From: Flavobacteriales bacterium
GTDB taxonomy: Bacteria > Bacteroidota > Bacteroidia > Flavobacteriales_D > Crocinitomicaceae
Length of the DNA: 64,000 nucleotides
Assembly: GCA_947474675.1 (NCBI GenBank)
Contig: CANJKA010000004.1
Location: 4,442 to 68,441 of the forward strand
Direction of reading: 5' to 3'
Shown piece after piece: positions 47,559 to 57,906 of the stretch. A model generated the notes under the pieces. It saw only the letters and a list, made by a program, of their open reading frames with translations. It ran no database searches and was not told the origin of the DNA. Each line of letters starts with the position of its first letter. Position 1 is the first letter of the stretch. The position numbers and the translations under genes are program-made.

Positions 47559-48781
47559 CCTTTTATTATTTTATTTCCAACAGTACAAGATAAACATTTT
47601 TTCTGAGAACAAAACTCGTTATAAATTTCTAATAAAGCCTGACTATCGTATGCATTTTTAATATTAACCCCAATTTTATTCCATTTCGTAATGATAGAAT
47701 TCGATTCTGGTTTTAATAAATGTAAAACATCTATTGCTTTTTCCTTCATGATTTCATCGTTCTTATAAGTTCCAAACCACCAAACAAAAGGAACAAAACA
47801 ATTTAGTATAATCATTTCTTTAGTTGCCTTTGTCATTTTAAAATTGTTGATATTCAACTCATTTTCAGATGAAATGTCCAATATAACATAAAAATAAGAA
47901 AGCATTTTTGGTGTATCGTAATACGTGAAAACGGTATTAAAATCAAAATTCTCAAGAATTTTTGAAAATTGAGTTAATCGAATTAAAGGAAATCCAGATG
48001 GTCTCAGCCCTTTCTTTTTCCAAATATAAGTTGGCATTGAACTCAAAGAATGTTTTTCTTTTAAAAAAACCCAATTATTTTTTTGATTTTCATCACAATT
48101 GCTAACTGATAACAAACCACTTGTCCCTAGAATTAAGGATGAAATAAATTCTTTTCGCTCCCTTTTTATTATTTTTAATGATAAAGTGTTTGTCAGTTCT
48201 TGAAACGGAATAGAATTAACTTTCATTCCAAATGAACGTCCTAAAAATTGATATAAAACTTGCCCGAAATCAACTTCATTATCTGAATTTATTTCTAAAA
48301 AATTAATCTTTTTATTCAACCTATTTATTAGAGCCTTTTCTTTCATTGATTCAAGATAGATCACATCTATTTCTGAAAAAAAGGTAGAGCATAAAAAATC
48401 AGAAAAAGTGGTCGCTTTTTTTAAATAATTTTGGTAGTGCTCCTGATGTAAAACCCCCTTTAACTCAATCGTAGGAAGAACTCTGTCATTTACAATAATA
48501 TCTTTATCATGCTCATAAACAACATGTAAAATAACATTATCATAAGCCTTATCAAATTGATGTTTATGAAGATTCCAATCTGAAGATTTTATATGAATTT
48601 CAATATTTCCTCGCCAACAAACAGAATCTATAATTACCTCTCCATCAAAAAAATCGGGTCCACTTTCTAAATTATATTTTCCTGTTTTTTTTAATTGAAA
48701 TTCTTCTCCATTAGTAAGTCTCATTAAATGGAAGGGTAGCCGTTTATGCTTCCAAATAAAATGTAAATATTCTTCTTTCAT
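47555..48781 (-). CDS. DUF2851 family protein
   Basis: 408 aa. N-terminus EEYLHFIWKHKRL......T..GE......G..N...GPDF..G...ID...W.GN.EIH.KSSDW..H.H matches DUF2851 as I recall it. Confidence 0.75.
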   Translation of the reverse strand: MKEEYLHFIWKHKRLPFHLMRLTNGEEFQLKKTGKYNLESGPDFFDGEVIIDSVCWRGNIEIHIKSSDWNLHKHQFDKAYDNVILHVVYEHDKDIIVNDRVLPTIELKGVLHQEHYQNYLKKATTFSDFLCSTFFSEIDVIYLESMKEKALINRLNKKINFLEINSDNEVDFGQVLYQFLGRSFGMKVNSIPFQELTNTLSLKIIKRERKEFISSLILGTSGLLSVSNCDENQKNNWVFLKEKHSLSSMPTYIWKKKGLRPSGFPLIRLTQFSKILENFDFNTVFTYYDTPKMLSYFYVILDISSENELNINNFKMTKATKEMIILNCFVPFVWWFGTYKNDEIMKEKAIDVLHLLKPESNSIITKWNKIGVNIKNAYDSQALLEIYNEFCSQKKCLSCTVGNKIIKG

Positions 48782-48917
48782 CTATTTTTAAATCAAGTTA
48801 TCACAAAATAATTATCTAAACATTTACATCCAAAAAAGTAAACACTTTCTTGAATTTACAAATAAATATCCTATAAAATCAACTAAAATTTAAATTAATG
48901 AAGTAGAAAGATAAAAA

Positions 48918-49880
48918 TCATTCACTCTCTAGAGTATTTGGCACTATACTTAAATACTTTTTACTGTTCTCAGAAACCATTTCATCTAAAATTAATTGAG
49001 AAGCCAAAACTAACTGCGTATAATTTTGAGAACTATTCCCAAAGCTTGCGGCTGATGTTTGCCACATTTGCTTAATCAAATCTTGACTTCCAACAGTTGG
49101 ATTAATTTTATCAACAACAGCTTTTACATTCATTGCTCCTGCGTGATAAACATGCATAACAAACAAACGAAACCATAAATCAGATTCATTATACGTCAAA
49201 TTATGAGCATCTAAAATCTTTTTTGCTTCTGGAATACAAATCCTACTTATTAATCTTGCAGAACCCTTAGCTGACAAATCAAAATCTTTTCTATCATCAA
49301 TTGTTTTTGTAACTGTTAAACCTTGAGCTCTTGCAACACTCGGCATTAACTGAAAAGGGCCGTAAGCCCCCGCACAAGATTTCTTTAATTGTCCAGGACT
49401 TTCAATTAATAAAATTGCTTGAGCATACCAAGGATCTACACCGTGAAGTTCAAAAGCAGTAACACCTCTTGAAATACTTGGATAAACATCATTAAATAAA
49501 TAAAAATCATTTTTACCTGTAGTAACAAACAATTGTTCTCCAATAGCTAAATTATTAACCTTACGAAGACTATCTTTAAAAAGCCCTTTTTGACTTTCTG
49601 TTTGACTGTTCCATTTTTTACAAGGCATTTTCAACAAAACAACTCTTGTTGCAGATACATTTATTAAACATGAATCAGGAGAAAGTTGCATGATTTGTTT
49701 CCAAAACATTGCTTGGGGCAAACTTTCCCATTGATCTTTGTAAATCGATTCGGCTCCTAACATTATACTACTAACTGAACCATCAACCACTTCTATTTTC
49801 TCATCATCCCAAGACTTAGGTGTTTGACAATAAACAAAAGAAGTTGATAAAAAGAAAAAAAGAAAAGTTTTCATAAGCAT
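48918..49880 (-). CDS. Lytic transglycosylase (SLT domain) protein, secreted
   Basis: A signal peptide follows MLMKTFLFFFLSTSFVYCQ. Catalytic region LLIESPGQL...GAYGPFQLMP. The 49976 start in the track adds an unlikely N-terminal extension. Confidence 0.8.
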   Translation of the reverse strand: MLMKTFLFFFLSTSFVYCQTPKSWDDEKIEVVDGSVSSIMLGAESIYKDQWESLPQAMFWKQIMQLSPDSCLINVSATRVVLLKMPCKKWNSQTESQKGLFKDSLRKVNNLAIGEQLFVTTGKNDFYLFNDVYPSISRGVTAFELHGVDPWYAQAILLIESPGQLKKSCAGAYGPFQLMPSVARAQGLTVTKTIDDRKDFDLSAKGSARLISRICIPEAKKILDAHNLTYNESDLWFRLFVMHVYHAGAMNVKAVVDKINPTVGSQDLIKQMWQTSAASFGNSSQNYTQLVLASQLILDEMVSENSKKYLSIVPNTLESE

Positions 49881-50087
49881 AATGTTTTGTGATATGAGAT
49901 TCAATTTATTTAAAAATAACGCATATGAACTTGCGTTTAAAACAAATGAGTTCCAACTGGAATATCTTATTTTCAAATATAATGAAAAAAAATCAAAAAA
50001 GGTACACTCAAAACCAGATTTATCAACATAGAATCGTTAATGAGTAGTATTATCTGAAAATTGAATAACTATTTAATTTGAAATCTG

Positions 50088-50095
50088 TATTTTTG
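50088..50095 (+). promoter_or_regulatory. -7 box TATTTTTG 3 nt before ATG 50099 (leaderless arrangement)
   Basis: Perfect TAnnTTTG, spacer TAT, then ATG of yidD. Confidence 0.35.
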
Positions 50096-50098
50096 TAT

Positions 50099-50350
50099 AT
50101 GACTATTTTTAACCGAATAATAAATTTCCCTTTGATAGTTTTAGTGAAAACCTATCAATTTATAATAAGCCCAGTAATGCCTACCAATTGTAGATTCACT
50201 CCCACATGTTCAAATTATATGCTTGAAGCAATAAAAATATGGGGGCCCTTTAAAGGGTTTTACTTAGGTTTTAAAAGGATTCTATCCTGCCATCCTTGGG
50301 GAAAACATGGGCACGATCCTGTCCCTGAAAAAAAAAATAAAAATGATTGA
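50099..50350 (+). CDS. yidD: Membrane protein insertion efficiency factor YidD
   Basis: YQ..ISP......CRF.PTCS.Y...A....G...G..L...RI..CHP...GG.DPVP-like pattern. ATG 50099 is preferred over TTG 50078. Confidence 0.9.
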   Translation: MTIFNRIINFPLIVLVKTYQFIISPVMPTNCRFTPTCSNYMLEAIKIWGPFKGFYLGFKRILSCHPWGKHGHDPVPEKKNKND

Positions 50351-50478
50351 GCACGCTCAACTGAAAAACCTCAAAATATAATTAAAATCTAATCGAATAA
50401 TAGTAAAGATTCTCATTTCTATTCTTTATCTTTATCCTCTTTTATAACATTTTGAATTTTGAAAAACAGCAATAAACA

Positions 50479-51609
50479 ATGAGAAAAATACAAATGGTCG
50501 ATCTTATTTCGCAATACGAAAAGATAAAACCTGCTATTGATACTGCAATTCTGGATGTTATAGGGAATGCTCAGTTCATTAATGGTCCTGAAGTTGCTGG
50601 TTTCAAAGTCGAACTTGAGGAATACTTAAATGTTAAACATGTAATACCATGTGCAAATGGAACAGATGCTCTCCAAATTGCATTAATGGCTTTAGGGCTG
50701 AAAGCTGGAGATGAAGTTATCACACCATCATTTACTTATATCGCTACAACTGAAGTTATGGCTTTACTGGGTTTAAAACCCATTTTTGTGGAAGTAAATC
50801 CAAACACTTTTTGTATTGATGCTTCTGAAATTGAAGCGGCAATTACTTCTAATACGAAAGCAATTGTTCCAGTTCATCTTTACGGCCAATGTGCCCCAAT
50901 GAATGAAATCATGGAAATTGCAAATAAACATAACCTTTTGGTTATTGAAGATACGGCTCAAGCTATTGGAGCAGATTATACATTAACAAATGGGAAAACT
51001 GTAAAATCAGGAACAATTGGTCAAATTGGATGTACATCATTTTTTCCTTCAAAAAACTTAGGCTGTTTTGGTGATGGCGGTGCAATGTTTACAAATGACG
51101 ATGAATTAGCTGTCAAACTAAAGATGATATCTAATCATGGGCAGAGTAAGCAATATCATCACGATGTTGTTGGTTGTAACTCAAGATTAGATAATATTCA
51201 AGCAGCAGTTTTAAGAATAAAATTGAAAGAATTAAATAATTTCAACGATGCTCGAAGAAAAGTCGCTGATCATTATGATAATTTCTTTTCTAAATTTCCT
51301 CAAATTTCAATTCCTGAAAGAGCAAGCAACTCAACACATGTCTTTCATCAATATACTATAAAGCTTGAAGGATTAGATAGAAATAATTTGAAAGAATATT
51401 TAGCTGAAAAAGAAATACCTTCGATGATTTATTATCCTATTCCTGCTCATCGCCAAAAAATGTTTGATTCATTTGGAAGTTCAAATACCAAATTGCCTAT
51501 TACAGATTGGTTAACAGAAAGGGTGATTTCTCTTCCTATTCACACAGAAATGACAATTGAACAGTTAGATAAAATATGTGCCGCAGTCGCAGACTTTATT
51601 AATAGATAA
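50479..51609 (+). CDS. DegT-family aminotransferase, WbpE/WlbC-like (UDP-2-acetamido-2-deoxy-3-oxo-glucuronate aminotransferase candidate)
   Basis: CANGTDALQIALMALG..GDEVITPSFTY.ATTE, TSFFPSKNLGCFGDGGAMFTNDDELA and HGQ..Y.H...G.NSRLD..QAA closely track P. aeruginosa WbpE as I recall it. Confidence 0.85.
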   Translation: MRKIQMVDLISQYEKIKPAIDTAILDVIGNAQFINGPEVAGFKVELEEYLNVKHVIPCANGTDALQIALMALGLKAGDEVITPSFTYIATTEVMALLGLKPIFVEVNPNTFCIDASEIEAAITSNTKAIVPVHLYGQCAPMNEIMEIANKHNLLVIEDTAQAIGADYTLTNGKTVKSGTIGQIGCTSFFPSKNLGCFGDGGAMFTNDDELAVKLKMISNHGQSKQYHHDVVGCNSRLDNIQAAVLRIKLKELNNFNDARRKVADHYDNFFSKFPQISIPERASNSTHVFHQYTIKLEGLDRNNLKEYLAEKEIPSMIYYPIPAHRQKMFDSFGSSNTKLPITDWLTERVISLPIHTEMTIEQLDKICAAVADFINR

Positions 51610-51619
51610 GATATTAAAA

Positions 51620-52951
51620 ATGAAAAAAATAGCCGTAATCGGAACTGGATATGTTGGTTTAGTAACCGGAACTTGTTTTGCTGAGACAGGTAATCAAGTG
51701 TTATGTGTCGATATTGATGAAAACAAAGTAAATAAGATGCGAAATGGTGAAGTTCCTATTTATGAACCTCATTTAGATATTATTTTTGAAAGAAATATCA
51801 AAGCAAAACGTATACAATTCACTACAAATCTTGAAGAGGCTATTGATTTTGCTGAAATCATCTTTTTAGCTTTACCAACTCCTCCAGGAGAAGACGGAAG
51901 CGCTGACTTAAGTTATGTTCTTGGAGTAGCTGACCAACTTGGAAAGCTAATGAAAGAGTATAAAGTAATTGTTGATAAATCAACTGTACCAGTTGGGACA
52001 TCTGATAAAGTATATGCAGCCATTGAAAAACATGCTAGTGTTGAATTTGCGGTTGTATCAAATCCAGAATTTCTAAGAGAAGGATTTGCAGTTGATGATT
52101 TTTTAAATCCTGACAGAGTAGTTGTTGGCACAGAAGATCCTCGAGCAATTAAAATAATGACTGAATTGTATAAACCGTTTATTCATGATGGTCATCCTTT
52201 AATTATCATGGATGAAAAATCTGCAGAATTAACAAAATACGCAGCAAATGCTTTTTTAGCTACAAAAATCACATTCATGAATGAAATTGCAAATTTCTGT
52301 GAATTAGTAGGGGCTGACGTAGATAAAGTACGCTTAGGTATAGGTTCTGACTCAAGAATTGGCCATAAATTTTTATATCCTGGAATTGGTTTTGGAGGAA
52401 GTTGTTTCCCAAAAGATGTTAGTGCTTTATTAAAAAGTGGAAAACAAGTAGGTTATGATTTTGAAATTATTCAAAGTGTTTTAGATGTAAATGAAAAACA
52501 AAAAACAACTATGGTTCATAAAGTGAGAAATTATTTTGGAGATTTATCTGGAATGAATTTCGCTATTTGGGGTCTTGCTTTTAAACCTGACACGGATGAT
52601 ATAAGAGAGGCTTCTGCTTTATACATAATAGATGAATTACTTTTAGCTGGTGCATCTGTAGAAGTTTTTGATCCAGAAGCTATGGAAAATGTCAAAAATT
52701 TATTGGGTGAAGCTATTTCTTATTCTGAAAATCAATACGATTTGTTAATTGGAAAAGATGCATTACTAATTGCTACTGAATGGTCCGCTTTTAGAAATCC
52801 AGATTTTGAATTATTGAAGAAAAATTTGAAAAACCCTATCATTTTTGATGGCAGAAATATTTACGAATTAGAGCAAATGGAAAATTTAGGTTTCTACTAC
52901 AATTCTGTTGGTAGAAAAACTGTTTTACCTTTCGTTCAAACTGAGAAATAA
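51620..52951 (+). CDS. ugd: UDP-glucose 6-dehydrogenase
   Basis: Start [17 protein letters not shown], catalytic region [10 protein letters not shown], about 443 aa. The 51578 start overlaps the upstream gene. Confidence 0.9.
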   Translation: MKKIAVIGTGYVGLVTGTCFAETGNQVLCVDIDENKVNKMRNGEVPIYEPHLDIIFERNIKAKRIQFTTNLEEAIDFAEIIFLALPTPPGEDGSADLSYVLGVADQLGKLMKEYKVIVDKSTVPVGTSDKVYAAIEKHASVEFAVVSNPEFLREGFAVDDFLNPDRVVVGTEDPRAIKIMTELYKPFIHDGHPLIIMDEKSAELTKYAANAFLATKITFMNEIANFCELVGADVDKVRLGIGSDSRIGHKFLYPGIGFGGSCFPKDVSALLKSGKQVGYDFEIIQSVLDVNEKQKTTMVHKVRNYFGDLSGMNFAIWGLAFKPDTDDIREASALYIIDELLLAGASVEVFDPEAMENVKNLLGEAISYSENQYDLLIGKDALLIATEWSAFRNPDFELLKKNLKNPIIFDGRNIYELEQMENLGFYYNSVGRKTVLPFVQTEK

Positions 52952-53946
52952 TGGGAGAAAGAAAAAGAATTTTAATAACAGGTGCTGCAGGATTTTTAGG
53001 GTCTCATTTATGCGACCGTTTTGTAAAAGAGAATTATCACGTTATTGCAATGGATAATTTAATTACAGGGCGATTAAAAAATATTGAACATTTATTTCCT
53101 GTTGAAAATTTTGAATTTTACAATCACGATGTTTCAAAATTTATTCATATTCCAGGAGAATTAGATTATATACTTCATTTTGCTTCTCCAGCAAGCCCTA
53201 TTGACTATTTAAAGATCCCTATTCAAACCTTAAAAGTTGGTTCTTTAGGTATTCATAATTGTTTAGGATTAGCAAAAGCGAAAAATGCACGTGTTTTAAT
53301 CGCTTCGACTTCTGAGGTATATGGTGACCCAAGTGTTCATCCTCAACCTGAAGAATATTGGGGAAATGTAAATCCAGTTGGACCCCGTGGAGTTTATGAT
53401 GAAGCTAAACGCTTTCAAGAAGCGATTACAATGGCTTACCATACTTTTCATGGTATTGAAACTCGAATTGTTAGAATTTTTAATACATATGGTCCAAAAA
53501 TGAGATTAAATGATGGAAGGGTTTTACCGGCATTTATAGGTCAAGCGTTACGAGGAGAAGATATTACGATTTTTGGAGATGGTTCTCAAACTAGAGCATT
53601 TTGCTATGTAGATGATTTAGTAGAAGGTATTTTTAGATTACTTCATAGTGATTATTCAATGCCAGTAAATATTGGTAATCCAGACGAAATTTCTATCAAA
53701 GATTTTGCTGAAGAAATTATTAAATTAACAGGAACAAATCAAAAAGTAGTTTATCACGATTTACCAGTTGATGATCCAAAGCAGAGACAACCAGATATAA
53801 CAAAAGCAAAAGAACTTTTAGATTGGTCTCCAAAAGTAGAAAGAGCAGAAGGATTGAAAATAACATATGATTACTTCAAAAGTTTATCTCAAGAAGAATT
53901 GATAAAGAAAGAACACAATGACTTTGAAAAATATATAATTCGCTAA
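52951..53946 (+). CDS. UDP-glucuronate decarboxylase (UDP-xylose synthase, UXS-type SDR)
   Basis: [45 protein letters not shown] and RIFNTYGP.M motifs. Confidence 0.88.
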   Translation: MGERKRILITGAAGFLGSHLCDRFVKENYHVIAMDNLITGRLKNIEHLFPVENFEFYNHDVSKFIHIPGELDYILHFASPASPIDYLKIPIQTLKVGSLGIHNCLGLAKAKNARVLIASTSEVYGDPSVHPQPEEYWGNVNPVGPRGVYDEAKRFQEAITMAYHTFHGIETRIVRIFNTYGPKMRLNDGRVLPAFIGQALRGEDITIFGDGSQTRAFCYVDDLVEGIFRLLHSDYSMPVNIGNPDEISIKDFAEEIIKLTGTNQKVVYHDLPVDDPKQRQPDITKAKELLDWSPKVERAEGLKITYDYFKSLSQEELIKKEHNDFEKYIIR

Positions 53947-54527
53947 TGGAATATTTCTCACACGAAACAGCTATTATTGATGAAGGCTGTATAATCGGAA
54001 AAGGAACAAAAATTTGGCATTTTTCTCACATTATGTCGAATTGTGAAATGGGAGAAAATTGTAACATTGGTCAAAATGTTGTTGTTTCGCCCGGTGTAAA
54101 ACTTGGTAAGAATGTGAAAATACAAAACAATGTATCTTTATATACTGGTGTAGAATGTGAGGACGATGTTTTTCTTGGACCTTCAATGGTTTTTACAAAT
54201 GTAATAAATCCTAGAAGTGCTGTTAATAGAAAAAATGAATACGCTAAAACTATCGTTAGAAAAGGTGCTAGTATTGGTGCAAATGCTACAATTGTATGTG
54301 GTCATGACATAGGTGAATTTGCTTTTATTGGTGCTGGTGCGGTGGTAACAAAAACTGTTCTACCATTCGCATTAGTAGTAGGCAACCCTGCTCGCCAAAT
54401 TGGTTGGATGAGCGAATTTGGACAACGATTAGAATTTGATTCAAAAGGATTAGCTTTGTGTTTTGAAAGTAAAGAAACATATAAATTAGAAAATAATACA
54501 GTCAAAAAAATAATGCAAGGAGCATGA
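53946..54527 (+). CDS. Hexapeptide N-acetyltransferase, WbpD/WlbB-like
   Basis: H.TAIIDEG..IG..T.IWHF.HI, KIQNNVS.Y.GV..ED.VF.GPSMVFTNV.NPRS and PARQIGWMSEFG parallel P. aeruginosa WbpD as I recall it. Confidence 0.85.
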   Translation: MEYFSHETAIIDEGCIIGKGTKIWHFSHIMSNCEMGENCNIGQNVVVSPGVKLGKNVKIQNNVSLYTGVECEDDVFLGPSMVFTNVINPRSAVNRKNEYAKTIVRKGASIGANATIVCGHDIGEFAFIGAGAVVTKTVLPFALVVGNPARQIGWMSEFGQRLEFDSKGLALCFESKETYKLENNTVKKIMQGA

Positions 54528-55555
54528 AAAATACAAAAATAAAATTCGCTGTCGTAGGAGCAGGTCATATTGGTAAAAGACATGCCGAAATGATTTCTCG
54601 TGAAGAAGAAGGCGAGTTAATTGCAATGGTAGATATTCGCTCGAAAGAGGAATGCGGTGCTGAAAATTTCAATGTGCCTTTTTTTAATTCAATTGAAGAT
54701 TTATTGGCAGCCGATTTGGATATCGATGTAGTAAATATATGCACTCCAAATGGTTTGCATGCTGAACAAAGTATTTCGGCATTGAAAGCAAAAAAACACG
54801 TTGTGTGCGAAAAACCAATGGGACTTTCGAAAGATAATTGTGAAAAAGTTATTTTTAAGTCTTTACAAATGTCTAAGAATGTTTTTTGTGTGATGCAAAA
54901 TAGATATTCTCCACCTTCACAATGGATAAAATCAGTTGTTCAAGAAGGAATATTAGGTGATATTTACATGGTTCAATTAAATTGTTATTGGAACCGAGAT
55001 GACAGATATTATAAAAAAGGAGGATGGAAAGGAACTCCTGATCTAGATGGTGGAACACTTTTTACACAATTCTCTCATTTTATTGATATCATGTATTGGT
55101 TATTTGGAGACATTGACAATATACAAGGAAGATTTGCAGATTTTAATCACAAAGAAACGACTACTTTCGAAGATTCAGGTTTTGTTAGCTTTGATTTTAT
55201 AAATGGTGGAATGGGTTCTATCAATTACTCAACTTCTGTTGCTGATCAAAATTTAGAAAGTTCATTGACAATTATTGGAAGCAAAGGAAGTGTCAAAATT
55301 GGAGGGCAATATATGAATGAAGTGGAAGTTTGTAATATTAAAGATTATGAAATGCCTATTTTAGAAGAGTCAAATCCAGCTAATGATTACGGTCCATATA
55401 AAGGTTCAGCTGCCAATCATAATTACGTTATTCAAAATGTAATCAATACTCTAAAAGGTAGAACTACAGCAACTACCAATGCTTTAGAAGGATTAAAAGT
55501 AGTTGAAATTATTGAACGAATTTATAAAATAAGAAATGAGCAATTCAATTTATAA
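54524..55555 (+). CDS. Gfo/Idh/MocA oxidoreductase, WbpB/WlbA-like
   Basis: N-terminal Rossmann motif KFAVVGAGHIGKRH and the EKP motif (VVCEKPM). Operon position lies between the WbpD-like and WbpA-like genes. Confidence 0.75.
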   Translation: MKNTKIKFAVVGAGHIGKRHAEMISREEEGELIAMVDIRSKEECGAENFNVPFFNSIEDLLAADLDIDVVNICTPNGLHAEQSISALKAKKHVVCEKPMGLSKDNCEKVIFKSLQMSKNVFCVMQNRYSPPSQWIKSVVQEGILGDIYMVQLNCYWNRDDRYYKKGGWKGTPDLDGGTLFTQFSHFIDIMYWLFGDIDNIQGRFADFNHKETTTFEDSGFVSFDFINGGMGSINYSTSVADQNLESSLTIIGSKGSVKIGGQYMNEVEVCNIKDYEMPILEESNPANDYGPYKGSAANHNYVIQNVINTLKGRTTATTNALEGLKVVEIIERIYKIRNEQFNL

Positions 55556-56840
55556 TAAATTAATAAACAAAGAAGCCAAACTAGCAGTAATTGGATTAGG
55601 TTACGTTGGATTACCTATTGCACTAGAATTCGCTCGAAAGATTCAAGTTGTTGGTTTTGATATTAATCAAGATCGAGTTGACTTAATGAATAATAAAATT
55701 GATCCAAGTAATGAATTAGATGCGAAGGATTTTGAAGGATGTGATATTAAATTCACCACTTCTTTAGAAGACTTAAAGGATGTTCAATTTTTCATTGTAG
55801 CTGTTCCAACTCCTATTGACAACTCAAATTTACCAAATCTAAAGCCTCTTTTAGGGGCAAGTTCTACAGTTGGAAAAGTTTTGAAAAAAGGAGATTATGT
55901 AGTTTTTGAATCAACAGTCTATCCCGGATGTACTGAAGAAGATTGTATACCTGTTTTAGAAGCTGAATCAGGACTTACATTTAGAAATGATTTTATGGTT
56001 GGTTATTCTCCAGAAAGAATCAATCCAGGTGATAAAGAACATACTCTTCAAAATGTTGTAAAAGTGGTGTCTGGATGTTGTGACTCTTCATTAGAAGAAA
56101 TTGCTAAAACATATGAATTAGTTGTGAAAGCAGGTGTTCATAGAGCTACTACAATTAAAGTTGCAGAAGCGGCAAAAATAATTGAAAATACGCAACGTGA
56201 TTTAAACATTGCTTTGATGAATGAACTTTCAATTATTTTTAACAAACTTAAAATTAACACCTTCGATGTATTAGAAGCTGCTGGTACAAAATGGAATTTT
56301 TTGAAATTTTCACCGGGACTTGTAGGCGGACATTGCATTGGTGTTGATCCTTACTATTTAACGCACAAAGCTGCTCAAGCTGGATACCATTCAAAAGTTA
56401 TCACTAGTGGGAGATATGTAAATGATTCCATGGGGTTTTACATAGGAAAACAAACTGTCAAAAAAATAATATCTCAAGGTAAACATATACAGGATGCAAA
56501 AGTTCTTGTAATGGGAGCAACTTTCAAAGAGGATGTTTCTGATATTAGAAATTCAAAAGTGATTGATGTAATAAATGAATTAAAATCATTTCAAGTACAT
56601 GTTGATATTGTTGACCCACACGCTTCTTCTACTGAAATGGAAAAAGAATACGGAGTTACTTTAATAGAGGAAATGAAAAATGATTATGATGCAATCATAG
56701 TAGCTGTTAATCATGAAGAATATAAAAATATGACCGAAAATGACTTTTCTAAATTATTAAAAAATGGAGAAGGAGTTTTTGTTGATGTAAAAGGAATTTT
56801 CAAAGGGAAAATTTCAAAATTAGAATATTGGAGTTTGTAA
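55536..56840 (+). CDS. UDP-N-acetyl-hexosamine 6-dehydrogenase (WbpA/WbpO/TviB family nucleotide-sugar dehydrogenase)
   Basis: 434 aa with AVIGLGYVGLP, YSPERINPGD and the catalytic region GLVGGHCIGVDPYYL. Confidence 0.85.
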   Translation: MSNSIYNKLINKEAKLAVIGLGYVGLPIALEFARKIQVVGFDINQDRVDLMNNKIDPSNELDAKDFEGCDIKFTTSLEDLKDVQFFIVAVPTPIDNSNLPNLKPLLGASSTVGKVLKKGDYVVFESTVYPGCTEEDCIPVLEAESGLTFRNDFMVGYSPERINPGDKEHTLQNVVKVVSGCCDSSLEEIAKTYELVVKAGVHRATTIKVAEAAKIIENTQRDLNIALMNELSIIFNKLKINTFDVLEAAGTKWNFLKFSPGLVGGHCIGVDPYYLTHKAAQAGYHSKVITSGRYVNDSMGFYIGKQTVKKIISQGKHIQDAKVLVMGATFKEDVSDIRNSKVIDVINELKSFQVHVDIVDPHASSTEMEKEYGVTLIEEMKNDYDAIIVAVNHEEYKNMTENDFSKLLKNGEGVFVDVKGIFKGKISKLEYWSL

Positions 56841-56851
56841 AATAAATCAAA

Positions 56852-57901
56852 ATGAAATTTAAAAAAAGTATATTAGTAACTGGAGGTGCAGGATTTATTG
56901 GTTCTCACGTTGTACGTTTATTTGTAATTAAATATCCTGAATACAACATTATTAATTTTGATAAATTGACCTATGCTGGAAATTTATCAAATTTAATTGA
57001 TATAGAAAACAAAGAAAATTACACTTTCGTCAAAGGTGACATTTGCTCAGAAAAAGATGTTACTGAAGTATTTGAAAAATATAAAATTACGGATGTAATT
57101 CATTTAGCAGCAGAATCTCACGTTGATAGATCAATAGAAGGTCCGATGGAGTTTGTATTGACAAATGTAGTAGGTACAGTGAATTTATTACAGAAATCAA
57201 AAGATTTTTGGAAAGGAAACGACCATGTTTTTCACCATGTATCAACGGACGAAGTATTTGGAAGTTTAGGGGAATTTGGATTATTTGAAGAAACAACTCC
57301 TTATGATCCAAGAAGTCCATATTCAGCTTCAAAAGCTTCTTCAGATCATTTTGTAAGAGCTTTCTTTCACACGTATGATTTCCCGGTAAAAATGTCAAAT
57401 TGTTCAAACAATTATGGTAGTCATCATTTCCCGGAAAAATTAATTCCTTTAGTAATCCATAATATTGTAAATAAAATTGCAATCCCTATTTATGGAAAAG
57501 GAGAAAATATCAGAGATTGGTTGTGGGTTGAAGATCATGCTCGTGCTATTGATGTCATATTTCACACTGGTACATTAGGTGAATCTTATAATGTTGGAGG
57601 ATTAAATGAATGGACCAATATTGACCTTGTTCGTTATTTATGTCAAATTTTAGACAAAAAATTAAATAGATCAGAAGGTGAAAATGAAAAATTAATTACA
57701 TACGTAAAAGACCGTGCTGGACATGATGCTAGATATGCAATTGACGCCTCAAAGCTTGAACAAGAACTAGGATGGACGCCTTCAATCCAATTCGAAGAAG
57801 GTTTAGAAAAAACTGTTGACTGGTATTTATCAAACCAAGAATGGGTGGACAAAATAACAAGTGGCTCATACAAAGAATATTACGACAAAATGTATAATTA
57901 A
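56852..57901 (+). CDS. rfbB: dTDP-glucose 4,6-dehydratase
   Basis: 349 aa with ILVTGGAGFIGS, HLAAESHVDRSI, STDEV(F)G, YSASKA.SDH and SNCSNNYG motifs. Confidence 0.93.
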   Translation: MKFKKSILVTGGAGFIGSHVVRLFVIKYPEYNIINFDKLTYAGNLSNLIDIENKENYTFVKGDICSEKDVTEVFEKYKITDVIHLAAESHVDRSIEGPMEFVLTNVVGTVNLLQKSKDFWKGNDHVFHHVSTDEVFGSLGEFGLFEETTPYDPRSPYSASKASSDHFVRAFFHTYDFPVKMSNCSNNYGSHHFPEKLIPLVIHNIVNKIAIPIYGKGENIRDWLWVEDHARAIDVIFHTGTLGESYNVGGLNEWTNIDLVRYLCQILDKKLNRSEGENEKLITYVKDRAGHDARYAIDASKLEQELGWTPSIQFEEGLEKTVDWYLSNQEWVDKITSGSYKEYYDKMYN

Positions 57902-57906
57902 TATAA

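Noticed and set aside
49977-50478. Strand switch (minus-strand genes to the left, plus-strand genes to the right, with yidD nearby) as a possible oriC
   Set aside because: Only one near-consensus DnaA box (TTATCAACA, one mismatch) was seen by eye. There is no box cluster, no obvious AT-rich unwinding repeats, and no dnaA or dnaN gene. The intergenic spaces are only about 120-130 nt.
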